From Eledone cirrhosa (Eukaryota), in NCBI GenBank assembly GCA_964016885.1, contig OZ024763.1:12214001-12278000 (forward strand): a stretch of DNA of 64,000 bases, read 5' to 3'. How positions within the stretch are numbered: the first letter of the stretch is position 1; each line of letters starts with the position of its first letter. Shown piece after piece: positions 23,873 to 36,713 of the stretch. The notes under the pieces are model-generated. The model did no database searches. It saw nothing but the letters and a program-made list of their open reading frames with translations, and was not told the DNA's origin. The position numbers were made by a program, and so were the translations under genes.

Positions 23873-25070
23873 AGATTGGGTTGAGTCATAAATAATTCCT
23901 GTTTATTTAAAAGTAAGGTGTAACCACGCATTTCAAACTTCCAGTCTTTTAAATACAACCGGAAATTACCTGATTGGAGATAGTCTTCATCGGTCATTCT
24001 TATTTCATTAATGAAAGAGTGCACATCATAATTTGATCTATGATTTCATGCCCCTGAAATGGAGGAACAGAAAGTGTGTGTTGTGGGAGTTTAAAAATGA
24101 CAAAAACACTACAGAAACAGCTAAGAAACTGTGTAGTGTTTATAGCGAAGGTGTCATTACTGACCACCAAATCTGAAACTGGTTGTCAAAGTTTCTGGGG
24201 AACATCATTGAGAGATGAACCTAGACCAGGATGCTGATCAGACCTCTATCAAGATGCTTTAAGAGAATTGGTGGAATGCAATCCACACAATAGTACTCAA
24301 GAATTAGCACTTGACCTCAACACATCCCAATCCACAATCTGCTGCCACTTGGAAAAGATAGGAAAAGTGAGCAAGCTGGGTGTTTGGGTTCCTCATATTC
24401 TTTGTGACAAGAATAGGGAAGATCACATATCCAGTGACATGTCTTCTTTCAAGGCAGAGAAATGACCCGTTTCTCAAGACTATCAATCCAGGTAATGAAA
24501 TATGGGTTGCTGATGACAATGTCCAATGCAAAAGGCATTGGATCACAAGGATAAATCTCCACAGCTTACCCCAACGGAGGAGCTTCACAGAAGAAAGGTT
24601 ATGCTGGGTGTATGGTGGAATCACCGCAGTATTTTGAGTTCCTAAATCACAATCAGACACTCAATGCAGACTTATACTCTCAACAGCTGCATTGTGTGCA
24701 TGAAAATCTTCTGAGAAAACACCCGACACTTGTCAACATGAGAAACATTGTTCTTCTCCATGATAACGTAAAGCCACATTCAGCAAGAATCACGCAGGAA
24801 GAAATCTCTGATTTCGGCTGGTCTGTTCTACCCCATCCACCATATCCACCAGACCTTGCACCAAGAGATTTCCATCTCTTTTGTTCTCCACAAAATGCTC
24901 TGAATGGCAAAAACTTTTCTCAAGATCAGGTAAAAACTTCTTGAGCTTGAAACTAGCTGAATTTTACTTGAGAGGAATCAGTAAGCTACCTGATAAATGG
25001 CAACAGGTGATTCAAAATAATGTTGAATATACTATTGATTGAAATTAATTCATTGGTAAATTATTCATAC
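23873..25070 (+). pseudogene. Decayed mariner (DD34D) transposon
   Basis: Frameshifted pieces with GVWVPH, LLHDNVKPH and HPPYPPDLAPRDFHLF (YSPDLAP.D motif). Multiple stops. Confidence 0.9.
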
Positions 25071-25091
25071 ATATATATATATATTTATATT

Positions 25092-25130
<39 letters not shown>

Positions 25131-25211
25131 TCATACAAATATATATATATATATATATCATCATCATCATCCTCGTTTAAAATCCACTTTCCACGCTAGC
25201 ATGGGTTAGAC

Positions 25212-25254
<43 letters not shown>

Positions 25255-25262
25255 TTATATTC

Positions 25263-25294
<32 letters not shown>

Positions 25295-25449
25295 TCATAC
25301 ATATATATATATATATATTTATATTCATACATATATATATATATTTATATGTATATATATATTTATATTCATACATACATATATATATATATATATTTAT
25401 ATTCATACATATATATATATACATATTTATATTCATACATATATATATA

Positions 25450-25511
<62 letters not shown>

Positions 25512-25647
25512 TATATATTTATATATATATATATATTTATATATATTTATATATATATATTTATATATATATATTTATATATATATATTTATATATATAC
25601 ATTTATATATATATTTATATATATTTATATATATATTTATATATATA

Positions 25648-25711
<64 letters not shown>

Positions 25712-25715
25712 TATG
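25065..25715. repeat. Long (TA)n microsatellite containing an RTE-tail stub at 25158-25213
   Basis: Direct reading. Confidence 0.9.
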
Positions 25716-26156
25716 TACACATGTATATCTATACAAATATGTATACAATGTGTGATTGTGTTATATTTTGGGAGCGTCATGCTGCCAATAAAACCACACG
25801 CATCAGTTGAGTTTCATTTTGGTTGTATTAGTGAGGTAACTAATCACTTTAGTAACCGGATGATTGCTTGTCACAGTACACAATACCTAGAAGATGGTGT
25901 GGGCTGGAGGGGGGTGTTTATATACTTTACTCATATGTAATGTACTGCCTTACTAATACATTATATTTCATCTTGTTTACGCATTATTAAACATATTTAC
26001 CTACAAGTAGTTTCCCAGGTATGGCGTGTATATATGTGTACATATAGGATGTATACAAATGTGTACATGTAGGATGTATATATATTTATATGTAGTATGT
26101 TATATATGTGTATATGTAGGATGTATATATATTTATATGTAAGATGTATATGTAGG

Positions 26157-26200
<44 letters not shown>

Positions 26201-26591
26201 ATATGTAGGATGTGTGTATATATATATATGTATGTATATCTAGGATGTATATCATCATCATCATTATCATTTTTCGTCCGTTTTTCCCTGCTTGCAAATG
26301 TGTATATGTAGGATGTATATATATATGTGTACATGTAAGATGTATGTGCGTATATATATATCTCTATATACATATATATAAAGTTGTATTCCTGCCTGTT
26401 TGTTTGTTTGTTGGACATTTTTAAAAGCCCATCTCCTCTCGAGAGCCAAACACAGAGAAGGTGAGAAAAAATGATAGAGAGAAAGTGACAAAGAAATGTA
26501 GTGGAAGAAATGACCCAGTATTAAACTGGTACTTTTGACCTAGAAAAGATGGAAGGCAAAACTCTCTTCTTACTGTATTTCTAATGAAGTA

Positions 26592-26806
26592 CAGTGGGAC
26601 CTCAGTTCATGAATGCCTCGCATCACAAACAAATCAGTTCATGAACAGTTTTTCCAAACATAAAATGTCTTCTTTGACGAATGGTGTCTTGAGTAACGAA
26701 CACACAAGCCTGCAACAATGGTTGGTGACAAGTTTGGAGTATCGGTGGGAAAGCATCACTTGCCATGTAGTTAGTTACTGTGGTGATATCTATCTGTCTT
26801 TCACAC

Positions 26807-26843
<37 letters not shown>

Positions 26844-26937
26844 ATTTCGTATCAGAAAAATAGTTTCAGTTTACAAACATTTCTGATGATGAACGACCTT
26901 CAGGGACGAATTAAATTTGTGAGCCGAGGTTCCACTG
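26592..26937. mobile_element. Tigger/pogo-like MITE
   Basis: TIRs with TA TSD: TA|CAGTGGGACCTC ... GAGGTTCCACTG|TA. Confidence 0.75.
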
Positions 26938-27908
26938 TACTTTGTATTTCAAGTAACTAGAATTCTTTTCAACACACAGATGCGAATATGAGTATATTAT
27001 TATAAAAGCACAAACACAAACACACTTACAAAAATACACACTCACAGACATCCATGTTAGACGCTGTTTTCTGTAGTTTGTCATCACCCCTTTCTTCCCT
27101 AATCATGTCTTTTGCTTGTGCATAACATTATCACCCCTCCCTTTCTCAGTCATCTCTAATGCATTACATTATCACCCTTTCCTTCCTCAGTCATCACTAA
27201 TGCATTACATTATCACCCCTTCCTTCCTCAGTCATCTCTAATTAATGAAGAATTTGGGAAATATTTACTAAAATTGTAATTTCCTTTAAGACGGCATTTG
27301 TACATGAGCAAATGTTCATATATAAAATTATGTTAGAATGTTTTAATTTAAGTAGAAACCTTTTCAAATAGGGGACTTTGTTAGAAGCAGGTAGTCTTGG
27401 GTGGGTTGAGTGTAAAAGTGTTAAGAACCAACAAATGTCTAGATTTGTAGACCTAGTCAACCTGCTTAGAAATTGTAAGAAAAATGAAAACGATCTCCAA
27501 ATAAAGCCAGCTTATGAGGAGCCGAATATAATAGTTCGTTATCGCTAATTAAACATCAATCGTTTGACAGGAAGAGAAGCCGAAGGGTCTTTTGTAATTG
27601 AATTGAAAGAAAAGCTTTTAAACGAAGACTTAGCTGAACATTTTGTAGATAATAATATATTGGCAAATAAACTGCCTGCAGCTCTAACTTAATAACTTAT
27701 GTATATAGATGTGTGTGTGTTTGTGTGTGTAGATGTGTTTATATATGTGTGTGTAGATGTGTTTATATGTGTGTGAATGTGTTTATGTGTCTCTGTGGAG
27801 ATTGTATGTGCGTGTCAGTGTATGTATAGAAAGAGTGTGAAAGTGTATCTGTATTTACAAATATGCTCATATATACACAAATACGCATATATAAACACAC
27901 ACCTACAA

Positions 27909-27967
<59 letters not shown>

Positions 27968-28049
27968 CACACACACATATGCATTTACATGTACATATGT
28001 CTGTGTGTATATATATACATGCACATATGCATTTAGATGTACATGTATG

Positions 28050-28095
<46 letters not shown>

Positions 28096-28355
28096 TACAT
28101 ATATATACATGCTTAGATGTATGTGTATGTATGTATATATATAAATGTATATACACACATCCGCAGTGGGGAGTATATGACGTAGAGAAGAAGAAACAGA
28201 TTGACAGCCATTTTGTTTCATCTGTTAACATCCTGTATTGATTTAGCAGAGAATATCTAAAACAGGTTTGTTTATTCAAATGTTTACAGTATCTTTACTG
28301 CTGGACAGACTGCTGTGAACATTTACAGTATTAAAGACATTAATACCTAATGTGA

Positions 28356-28740
28356 TGCGGTGGATTGGCAGTATCGGTAGAGGGTCGGACGCCATGCTTT
28401 CCAGCATAGAGTTACGGCCCTTGCCAATCTGAGTTCAAATCCCGCTGAGGTTAACTTTGCCTTTCATCCTTACGGGGTCGATAAAATAAAGTACCAGTAA
28501 TACACTGGGTTATTGCTGGCCTTGTGCCTAAAGTAGAAACAATTATTTTACAAATGAATTGGCAGTATCGGTAGAGGGTCGGACGCCATGCTTTGACGCA
28601 TAGAGTTACGGCCCTTGCCAATCTGAGTTCAAATCCCGTCGAGGTTAACTTTGCCTTTCATCCTTATGGGGTCGATAAAATAAAGTACCAGTAATACACT
28701 GGGTTATTGCTGGCCTTGTGCCAAACGTAGAAACAATTAT
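28356..28740 (+). mobile_element. SINE family B dimer
   Basis: Two copies linked by TTTACAAATGAATT. Confidence 0.85.
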
Positions 28741-28823
28741 TATCTAATGTGATGCAGTCATGGTGATGGTACTTTTCAAGAATATCTTGCTACTGTGGTT
28801 TGTTAATTTAAATGTTTATAGTA

Positions 28824-29345
28824 CCGTAGATCCCGGCCCCGAACACGCTTCGTCCTCGGGGACACACCCTAGGTTTGACAAGCAAAAATCTGAAAAAAAA
28901 TAATTGTTTCTACTTTTGGCACAAGGCCAGTAATAACTCAGTGTATTACTGGTACTTTATTTTATCGACCCCCGTAAGGATGAAAGGCAAAGTTAACCTC
29001 GACGGGATTTGAATTCACATTGGCAAGGGCCGTAACTCTATGTGTCAAAGCATGGCGTCCGACCCTCTACCAATACTGGCAATTCATTTGTAAAATAATT
29101 GTTTCTACTTTTGGCACAAGGCCAGTAATAACCCAGTGTATTACTGGTACTTTATTTTATCGACCCCGTAAGGATGAAAGGCAAAGTTAACCTCGACGGG
29201 ATTTGAACTCAGAATGGAAAGGGGCGTAACTCCATGCGTCAAAGCATGGCGTCCGACCAAACAACCTTCGGCCTCCAGGATGCATGGTGGATTTTTTAGA
29301 CTTATTTTAGGCATAAAGTAGCATCTTCGATGCCGTCAAATATGG
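28824..29345. mobile_element. pogo-like MITE hosting the inverted SINE B dimer
   Basis: Termini TA|CCGTAGAT ... AAATATGG|TA. Degenerate. Confidence 0.5.
28900..29257 (-). mobile_element. SINE family B dimer (inverted)
   Basis: Same linker (AATTCATTTGTAAA) as the + strand dimer. Confidence 0.85.
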
Positions 29346-29639
29346 TATATTTATTAGTGGTGATGATGATGGTGGTGATGATGATGGTGATGACTTTTTA
29401 TTGAGGTGAGGTGGCAGGCAACATGAACCAGGTAAAGGTTATAGTCAACTGGACTAAGATGATTAACTGTTGTTGAGTGTTTATGTGTGTTTAAAGTGTT
29501 AGTAGGGATTAAATAGAGTTCATCTTTATTAATCACCCCACTCCCCATTAACGAGGGTCTTAATTGTTATTTATCTGTCTTTTTTTCACTCTCTCTCTCT
29601 TTCTCTCTCTCTCTATATGTGTGTGTGTGTGTGTGTATG

Positions 29640-29978
29640 AAGGTGCATGGCTTTGTGGTTAGAGCATTGGGCTTGCAATCGAAAGGTTGTGAGTTTGATT
29701 CTTGGGCCGAGTGATGTGTTGTTTCCTTGAGCAAGACACTTTATTTGACTTTGCTCCAGTTTACTCAGCTGTAGAAAGGAGTTGTGACGTCACAGGTGCC
29801 AAGCTGTATCGGCCATAGCCTTTCCCTTGGACATCATCGGTGGCGTGGAAAGGGGAGACTGGTATGTATGGGTGACTGTTGGTCTTCAAACAACCTTGCC
29901 CGGACTTGTGCCTTGGAGGGAAACTTTCTGTGCAAGTTACATTGGCAAGTCACATGGGCATTCGTGACCGAAGGGTCA
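29640..29978 (+). mobile_element. SINE with family A head/CORE and an alternative RTE-5'-like 3' part
   Basis: Head as in family A, then GGTGCCAAGCTGTATCGGCC...CCTTTCCCTTGG. A related segment lies on the minus strand at about 61850-61937. Confidence 0.7.
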
Positions 29979-29996
29979 TATATATATATATATATA

Positions 29997-30200
29997 ACAA
30001 AGGAATTGTGGTAAGGAACCAGATGGACCATAACGCACCAGAGTACTCAATACTTAGGGTAGTAGAGTGGGAAACAGGAAAAAGTATGACCCTAACGGCA
30101 GAGCTGAAGCCGTTTCAATGGCTATTTCTGGACTGAATAGCGTCCAGAAATAGCCGTCGAAACGGCTTGAGCTCTGCCGTCGGGGTCATACTTTTTCCTA
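29997..30200. mobile_element. Family C element: tail plus half-hammerhead palindrome
   Basis: Palindrome 30076-30200 (AGGAAAAAGTATGACC...GGTCATACTTTTTCCT). The right arm reads GCCGTC GAAA CGGC..GCCG TC GGGG. Confidence 0.8.
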
Positions 30201-30329
30201 TATATATATATATATCTATATATATATATATATATATACACGTTATTCCGGGTTGAATCGGAGGTAACCACAGTAAGTAAGGTACTCAATACATTGCAGA
30301 GTATAAAAGTTTTAATATAGATTCCTGAT

Positions 30330-30378
30330 GATTCCTGATGATTTCTAAAGAATGAAACAGTTCTAGTCCTGTAGAATC
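30330..30378 (+). ncRNA. Type I hammerhead ribozyme motif
   Basis: GATTC CTGATGA t-TTC-taaa-GAA-t GAAA CAG-ttctagtc-CTG TA GAATC. Outer inverted arms at 30308-30322 and 30381-30395. Confidence 0.7.
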
Positions 30379-30469
30379 TCATCTATATTAAAACTATATA
30401 TATATATATATATATATAAAATGAGAAAATGCGAAGTAGTTTCAGATGTTAAAGTCCTTTATTGGTAAT

Positions 30470-30544
30470 GCTGTGATACATATTTCAATGGCGACAGTGG
30501 CCACACGGTTCTGTGTAGCCAGTGCCGTGACCTCATCAGACAGC
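30470..30544 (-). ncRNA. Type I hammerhead ribozyme motif with long stem II
   Basis: Minus strand: GCTGT CTGATGA [stem II containing TGGC-TACAC..GTGT-GGCCA] GAAA TATGTA TC ACAGC. Confidence 0.65.
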
Positions 30545-30908
30545 TTCTTATATAATAAGGTTACGTTCCCAAGGCAATCCAAACAGAAATGACAAGGGAA
30601 TGGACAAGGCACGTGTTCTTGAATCCCTCGGTTGTTTCCTCATATCATCATCATCATCATCATCATCATCATCGTTTAACGTCCATTGTCCACGCTAGCA
30701 TGGGTCTGGACGGGAATTGTCCCACTTGAGGCAAGATTGGTTGTCTTGCTCGCATAGGACTGTCTGGCGGGTTTTCTACAGCTGGATGCCCTTCCTAACA
30801 CCAACCACGTTTACAGTGTGGACCGGGAGGTTTTTACCGTGTTACCTACACGGCCACATTACAGCGTGGACTGTGTGTTTTTTTTTGTCGTGACACCTAC
30901 ACAACCTC

Positions 30909-30968
<60 letters not shown>

Positions 30969-30973
<5 letters not shown>

Positions 30974-31172
30974 AACGAGTAGGACCCCCTGACGGCTGAG
31001 CTCAAGCCGTTTCGACGGCTAATTCTGGACATTTTAGTCCAGAATTAGCCGTCGAAACGGCTTGAGCTCAGCCGTCAGGGTCCTACTCGTTCCTATTACC
31101 CACTCTACTACCCTAAGTATTGAGTACTTTGGTGCGTTATGGTCCACCTGGTTCCTTACCACATTTCCTTCA
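30969..31172. mobile_element. Family C element: near-perfect half-hammerhead palindrome plus tail
   Basis: Arms 30969-31030 and 31037-31096, loop ATTTTA, tail 31097-31172. (TA)n on both sides. Confidence 0.85.
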
Positions 31173-31217
31173 TTATATATATATATATATATATATAATT
31201 CAATTTAATATAGAAAT

Positions 31218-31405
31218 GGCTTCTATAGAACTATAACTGTTTCATTGCAAGGAAATCATCAGGAAAGCTTTGATGATTTCCTTCGAATGAAACAGTTCTA
31301 GTCCTGTAGAATCTATTTCTATATTAGATTTTGTTGTATACACTCTACTAATGTATTGAGTACCTTACTTATTGTGGTTACCCCCGATTGAACCTAGGAC
31401 TCACA
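31218..31405. mobile_element. Head-to-head pair of hammerhead-like motifs with tail (same family as 30240-30395)
   Basis: Minus: TTC CTGATGA..GAAA CAGTTATAGTTCTATAGAA. Plus: TTGATGA..GAAA CAGTTCTAGTCCTGTAGAATC. Centre AAAGCTTT. Confidence 0.6.
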
Positions 31406-31824
31406 TATCTATATATATATCACTGCCAAGGCTGGAATTGAACCATCAGCACAGTTGAGGTATGTCAGACATCAATTTATGTATTTTATCTGATGAGGAC
31501 GTACTGAAAAAACAGCACAGTACCTCGTAGTCATTGATCTTAGGGAGTATTCATTAACCCCTTTTAAAGCATATCTCAACTGGGGCCACTATATATATAT
31601 ATATATATGTGTGTGTATGTACATATATACATATTTATTTATATATTTATATCATCATCATCATCATCAATGGCTATCTTCCACAAATATATACATATCA
31701 CTTATCAGAGCTCACCCTCCACCACCACCCCGCCAAGAATGGCTCCCATTATAACCCCCAGACATTGCTACAATGTTGTTAAAACAGCTGAGAATATTTC
31801 TGTTTTGTCTCTTATTTACACTGT

Positions 31825-33215
<1,391 letters not shown>

Positions 33216-33824
33216 TACATGCTCCAAACTAAATATTAGTATGTCAAGTCAGATATTTCCTCTGTACCAAAAAAAACTGACAGATTTGTTGACATGTAAT
33301 ATTGTAGAGGAATTTCTGTAACTTCACTGGTGGCATCATCATCATCATCATCACCAGCACTATCATCATCACCATCACCTTCACTATCATCATCATCACC
33401 ATCATCACCAGCACTATCATCATCACCCCCTCACCATCACTATCAACTCTATCACCGGCACCACTGCCATCATTCCTCCATACGGCCTGATAAAATAAAG
33501 TACCAGTAATGCACTGGGTCATTGCTGGCCTTGTGCCAAAAGTAGAAACAATTATTAAGAGCAGGCTCATTCACTCAGAAAATCCACTTATATATCCCAA
33601 ACTACCCTTAAGATACATATTTACAGCAGAGCCCAGTCACCCAGGCAGACCTCAAATATCTCAGGTTGCCCTCGTATCTCTGAGGTTGCCCTCATATCTC
33701 TGAGGTTGCCCCTAACATATCTCAGGTTGCCTTCGTATCATTCAGGTTGCCCCTAACATATCTCAGGTTCCCCTCGTATCATTCAGGTTGCTCTCATATT
33801 GGGGTCCTATTATTAAAACACTTG

Positions 33825-34010
33825 GGCGGTGGATTGGCAGTGTCGGTAGAGGGTCGGACGTCATGCTTTGACGCATAGAGTTACGGCCCTTTCCATTCTG
33901 AGTTCAAATCCTGCCGAGGTCAACTTTGCCTTTCATCCTTACGGGATCGATAAAATAAAGTACCAGTAATGTACTGGGTAATTGCTGGCCTTGTGCCAAA
34001 AGTAGAAACA
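33825..34010 (+). mobile_element. Full-length SINE family B with 16-bp TSD
   Basis: Starts GGCGGTGGATTGGCAG. TSD ATTATTAAAACACTTG at 33809-33824 and 34011-34026. Confidence 0.9.
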
Positions 34011-34177
34011 ATTATTAAAACACTTGAGAAAGCTCGAATGAGATGTAACCCCATAGAAGACCAGCTAAACCTAAGTAGGGGTGAACTATAAATTTCAATT
34101 CACATTTCAAGCACTCCAAGTATATAAACATAACAAGCTCATTCACTCAGGCCAACTCATTCTGCTCTCACTATCAA

Positions 34178-34208
<31 letters not shown>

Positions 34209-34212
<4 letters not shown>

Positions 34213-34644
34213 AAGATGACCTGGGATGAGGTGATAAAAGCCGACCTTACCCAATTACACCTCTCAAAGGCGATGACACACGACCGTGACCTCTGCCGTC
34301 ACACAGTAATACAGAGTACCCGACCTCCCATGGGTACAAGCTGAAGCATATAGACAATATGCCCTCACACCCTCCCACTGCAAGGTGGTCGTGGAGGTGC
34401 CACGGCAAAAAAGCACCCAGCCCACACTGTAAAGTGGACGTGTAGGCGCCACGAAAAAGCACCCAGCACTCACTGTAAATGAGGTTGGTGCTAGGAAGGG
34501 CATCCAGCTGTAGAAATCAAGTCAGAATCAGTTCCTGTATGAGCAAGGCATGGTCAGCCGACCAGACACTGCCCACAACAGGACAATCCGTCTAACCCAT
34601 GCTAGCGTGGAAGAACGGACGTAAAACGGTGATGATGATGATGA
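34209..34644 (+). mobile_element. Composite RTE C-terminus plus SINE-A-like 3' region
   Basis: Reads PKMTWDEVIKADL..., followed by the GCACCCAGC/GGAAGGGCATCCAGC body and a (GAT)n tail. Also at 39918-40560 and 46439-46815. Confidence 0.75.
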
Positions 34645-35642
34645 TATATATATATGTCCTACACCCCCAGGGTCATAAACACAGTAAGCTCATTCACAGA
34701 GGTCATGACCTCTTTTTCAAAAATATTTACTGGAGAGCAGCACTTCACTCTCTTAACTCACACTTTCCTCTCTAAGTGGTACTTGAAATAGTTGATAATG
34801 GTTTGGCCTGAAGAGGACAGGCTTTGTCCTCACTTCTCTCATTGTTTCCCCACTACATAACCTCTTCAGCTTTCTCTCACAATATTTCTCATGAAGTGTA
34901 CTTTATTTTTAATAAATTCATGAACAATTTTGAGGGATTTATGAAAATTATGCATTCTGTTATTGATAAACCATGACTTGATAGGGCTGGGGTCCCTATC
35001 ATTAAAACACCCGAAAAACCTCACAGGAAGCCATATATATCTGCATTATACTTTTCATGTAGGGATCAAGCAATCCACCTAGCCACTACGCATTTAAAGC
35101 AACTTCTTCCAATGTTAATTAGATCATCTAAGTAACACAAACTATCAACTACTTCTATAGTACCTTCCTTATATATATATACAGAGATATATATGTTTAT
35201 ATACAGAGATATATATGTTTAATTATAGGAGATCAAACACCACCAGCAGAGTGACAAACATATTAACTATGATTAAACATATCTCTATGTGTACCTCTCT
35301 CTATATGTTGGTTTATAATGAGCTCGGAATCTATTCCTTGAGCTAATTAAATTATAGGGGATTAATGTGAGTTTTTAACTCTATTTTTTAATTTGATATA
35401 AAGATAACTTGTTACCCCATATATATATAGATAAGAATGACATTAAGAAAGATGCTGATGTAACGTTTTAATGTTATTCTTATACTGAATTTCCATCATA
35501 ACTACAAACTACGAATGTAGAGAGTTCTCTCTTATTGAGTGCTTAGCTGCACATTCCGATTGCATTCCACTCGCTAGCATGGGTGCAGCCAGAGCTTCAA
35601 TTCTGCTGAACTTCCATTTGTATATATATATATATATATATA

Positions 35643-35977
35643 TCATCATCATCGCTTTATGTCCACCTTTCCCTGCTTGCAAGGGTGGGACGGGAACTGA
35701 TTCTGGCTTGATTTCTACAGCTGGATGCCCTTCCTAACACCAACCTCATTTACAATGAGTGCTGGGTGCTTTTTTGCCGTGGCACCTCCACGACCACTTT
35801 GCAGTGGCATGATATGGACCCCAGTCCCTATCATCTCATTTCTACAGCTGAGTAAACTGGAGCAATGTGAAATAAAGTGTCTTGCTCAAGGAAACAACAC
35901 ATCACCCGGTCTGGGAATTGAACTCACAACCTTTCAATTGCAAGGCCAATGCTTTAACCACTAAGCCATGTGCCTCC
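35643..35977 (-). mobile_element. Full-length SINE family A
   Basis: Reverse complement of the 519-912 consensus. Confidence 0.85.
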
Positions 35978-36137
35978 ATGTATATATATATCAGTATAGA
36001 GCCAGTTTTAAACTAGTTAGACCATTACTCAACAGAGTACTCAATAACTGGAATAGTAGAGTATGGCTGTATTATACAGTTGAAACAGCAGGAGCTCAGC
36101 CATTGGGCCCCGACTCTTTATAATATATATTTATATA

Positions 36138-36213
36138 CAGGGTGTTCTAAAAATATGTATACACACTTCAACAGCATTCTAATCAAAGTGTGTATACATT
36201 TTTGGGGACACTG
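36138..36213. mobile_element. 76-bp Tc1/mariner-type MITE
   Basis: TA|CAGGGTGTTCTAAAAATATGTATACACACTT ... AAGTGTGTATACATTTTTGGGGACACTG|TA. Confidence 0.7.
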
Positions 36214-36474
36214 TATATGATCATATACATACATACGCCTATACACACGCAGACACACAGACAGACACCCACCAGCTTTTCCAATGAAATTCCATCTGTT
36301 CTCTGCAAATAAAATTAATAATAAATAAATAATTATAAAAAGTAAATTAAAAAAAAAAATACAAAGCAGCAAAAACAAAACAAAAAATAAAGAAAAACAA
36401 GAAAAACCAATTGTTTTCCCAATAAAACTGATCTGTGATGATTAGTGTAAGTAGATGGGGGGGGGGGGGGGGGC

Positions 36475-36682
36475 TGTATGTGTGTCTCTCTGTGTATGTG
36501 TCTCTATATATGTGTGTGTGTCTGGGTGTATGTGTGTGTGTATGTGTCTGTGTGTGTGTGTTTGTATGTGTATATGTGTGTGTGTGTATATGTGTTCTCT
36601 GCGACATGTATGCATGTACATGTCTGTGTGTATGTGTCTCTGTATACATGTGTGTGTGTGTGTGTGTGTATGTGTCTCTGTA

Positions 36683-36713
<31 letters not shown>

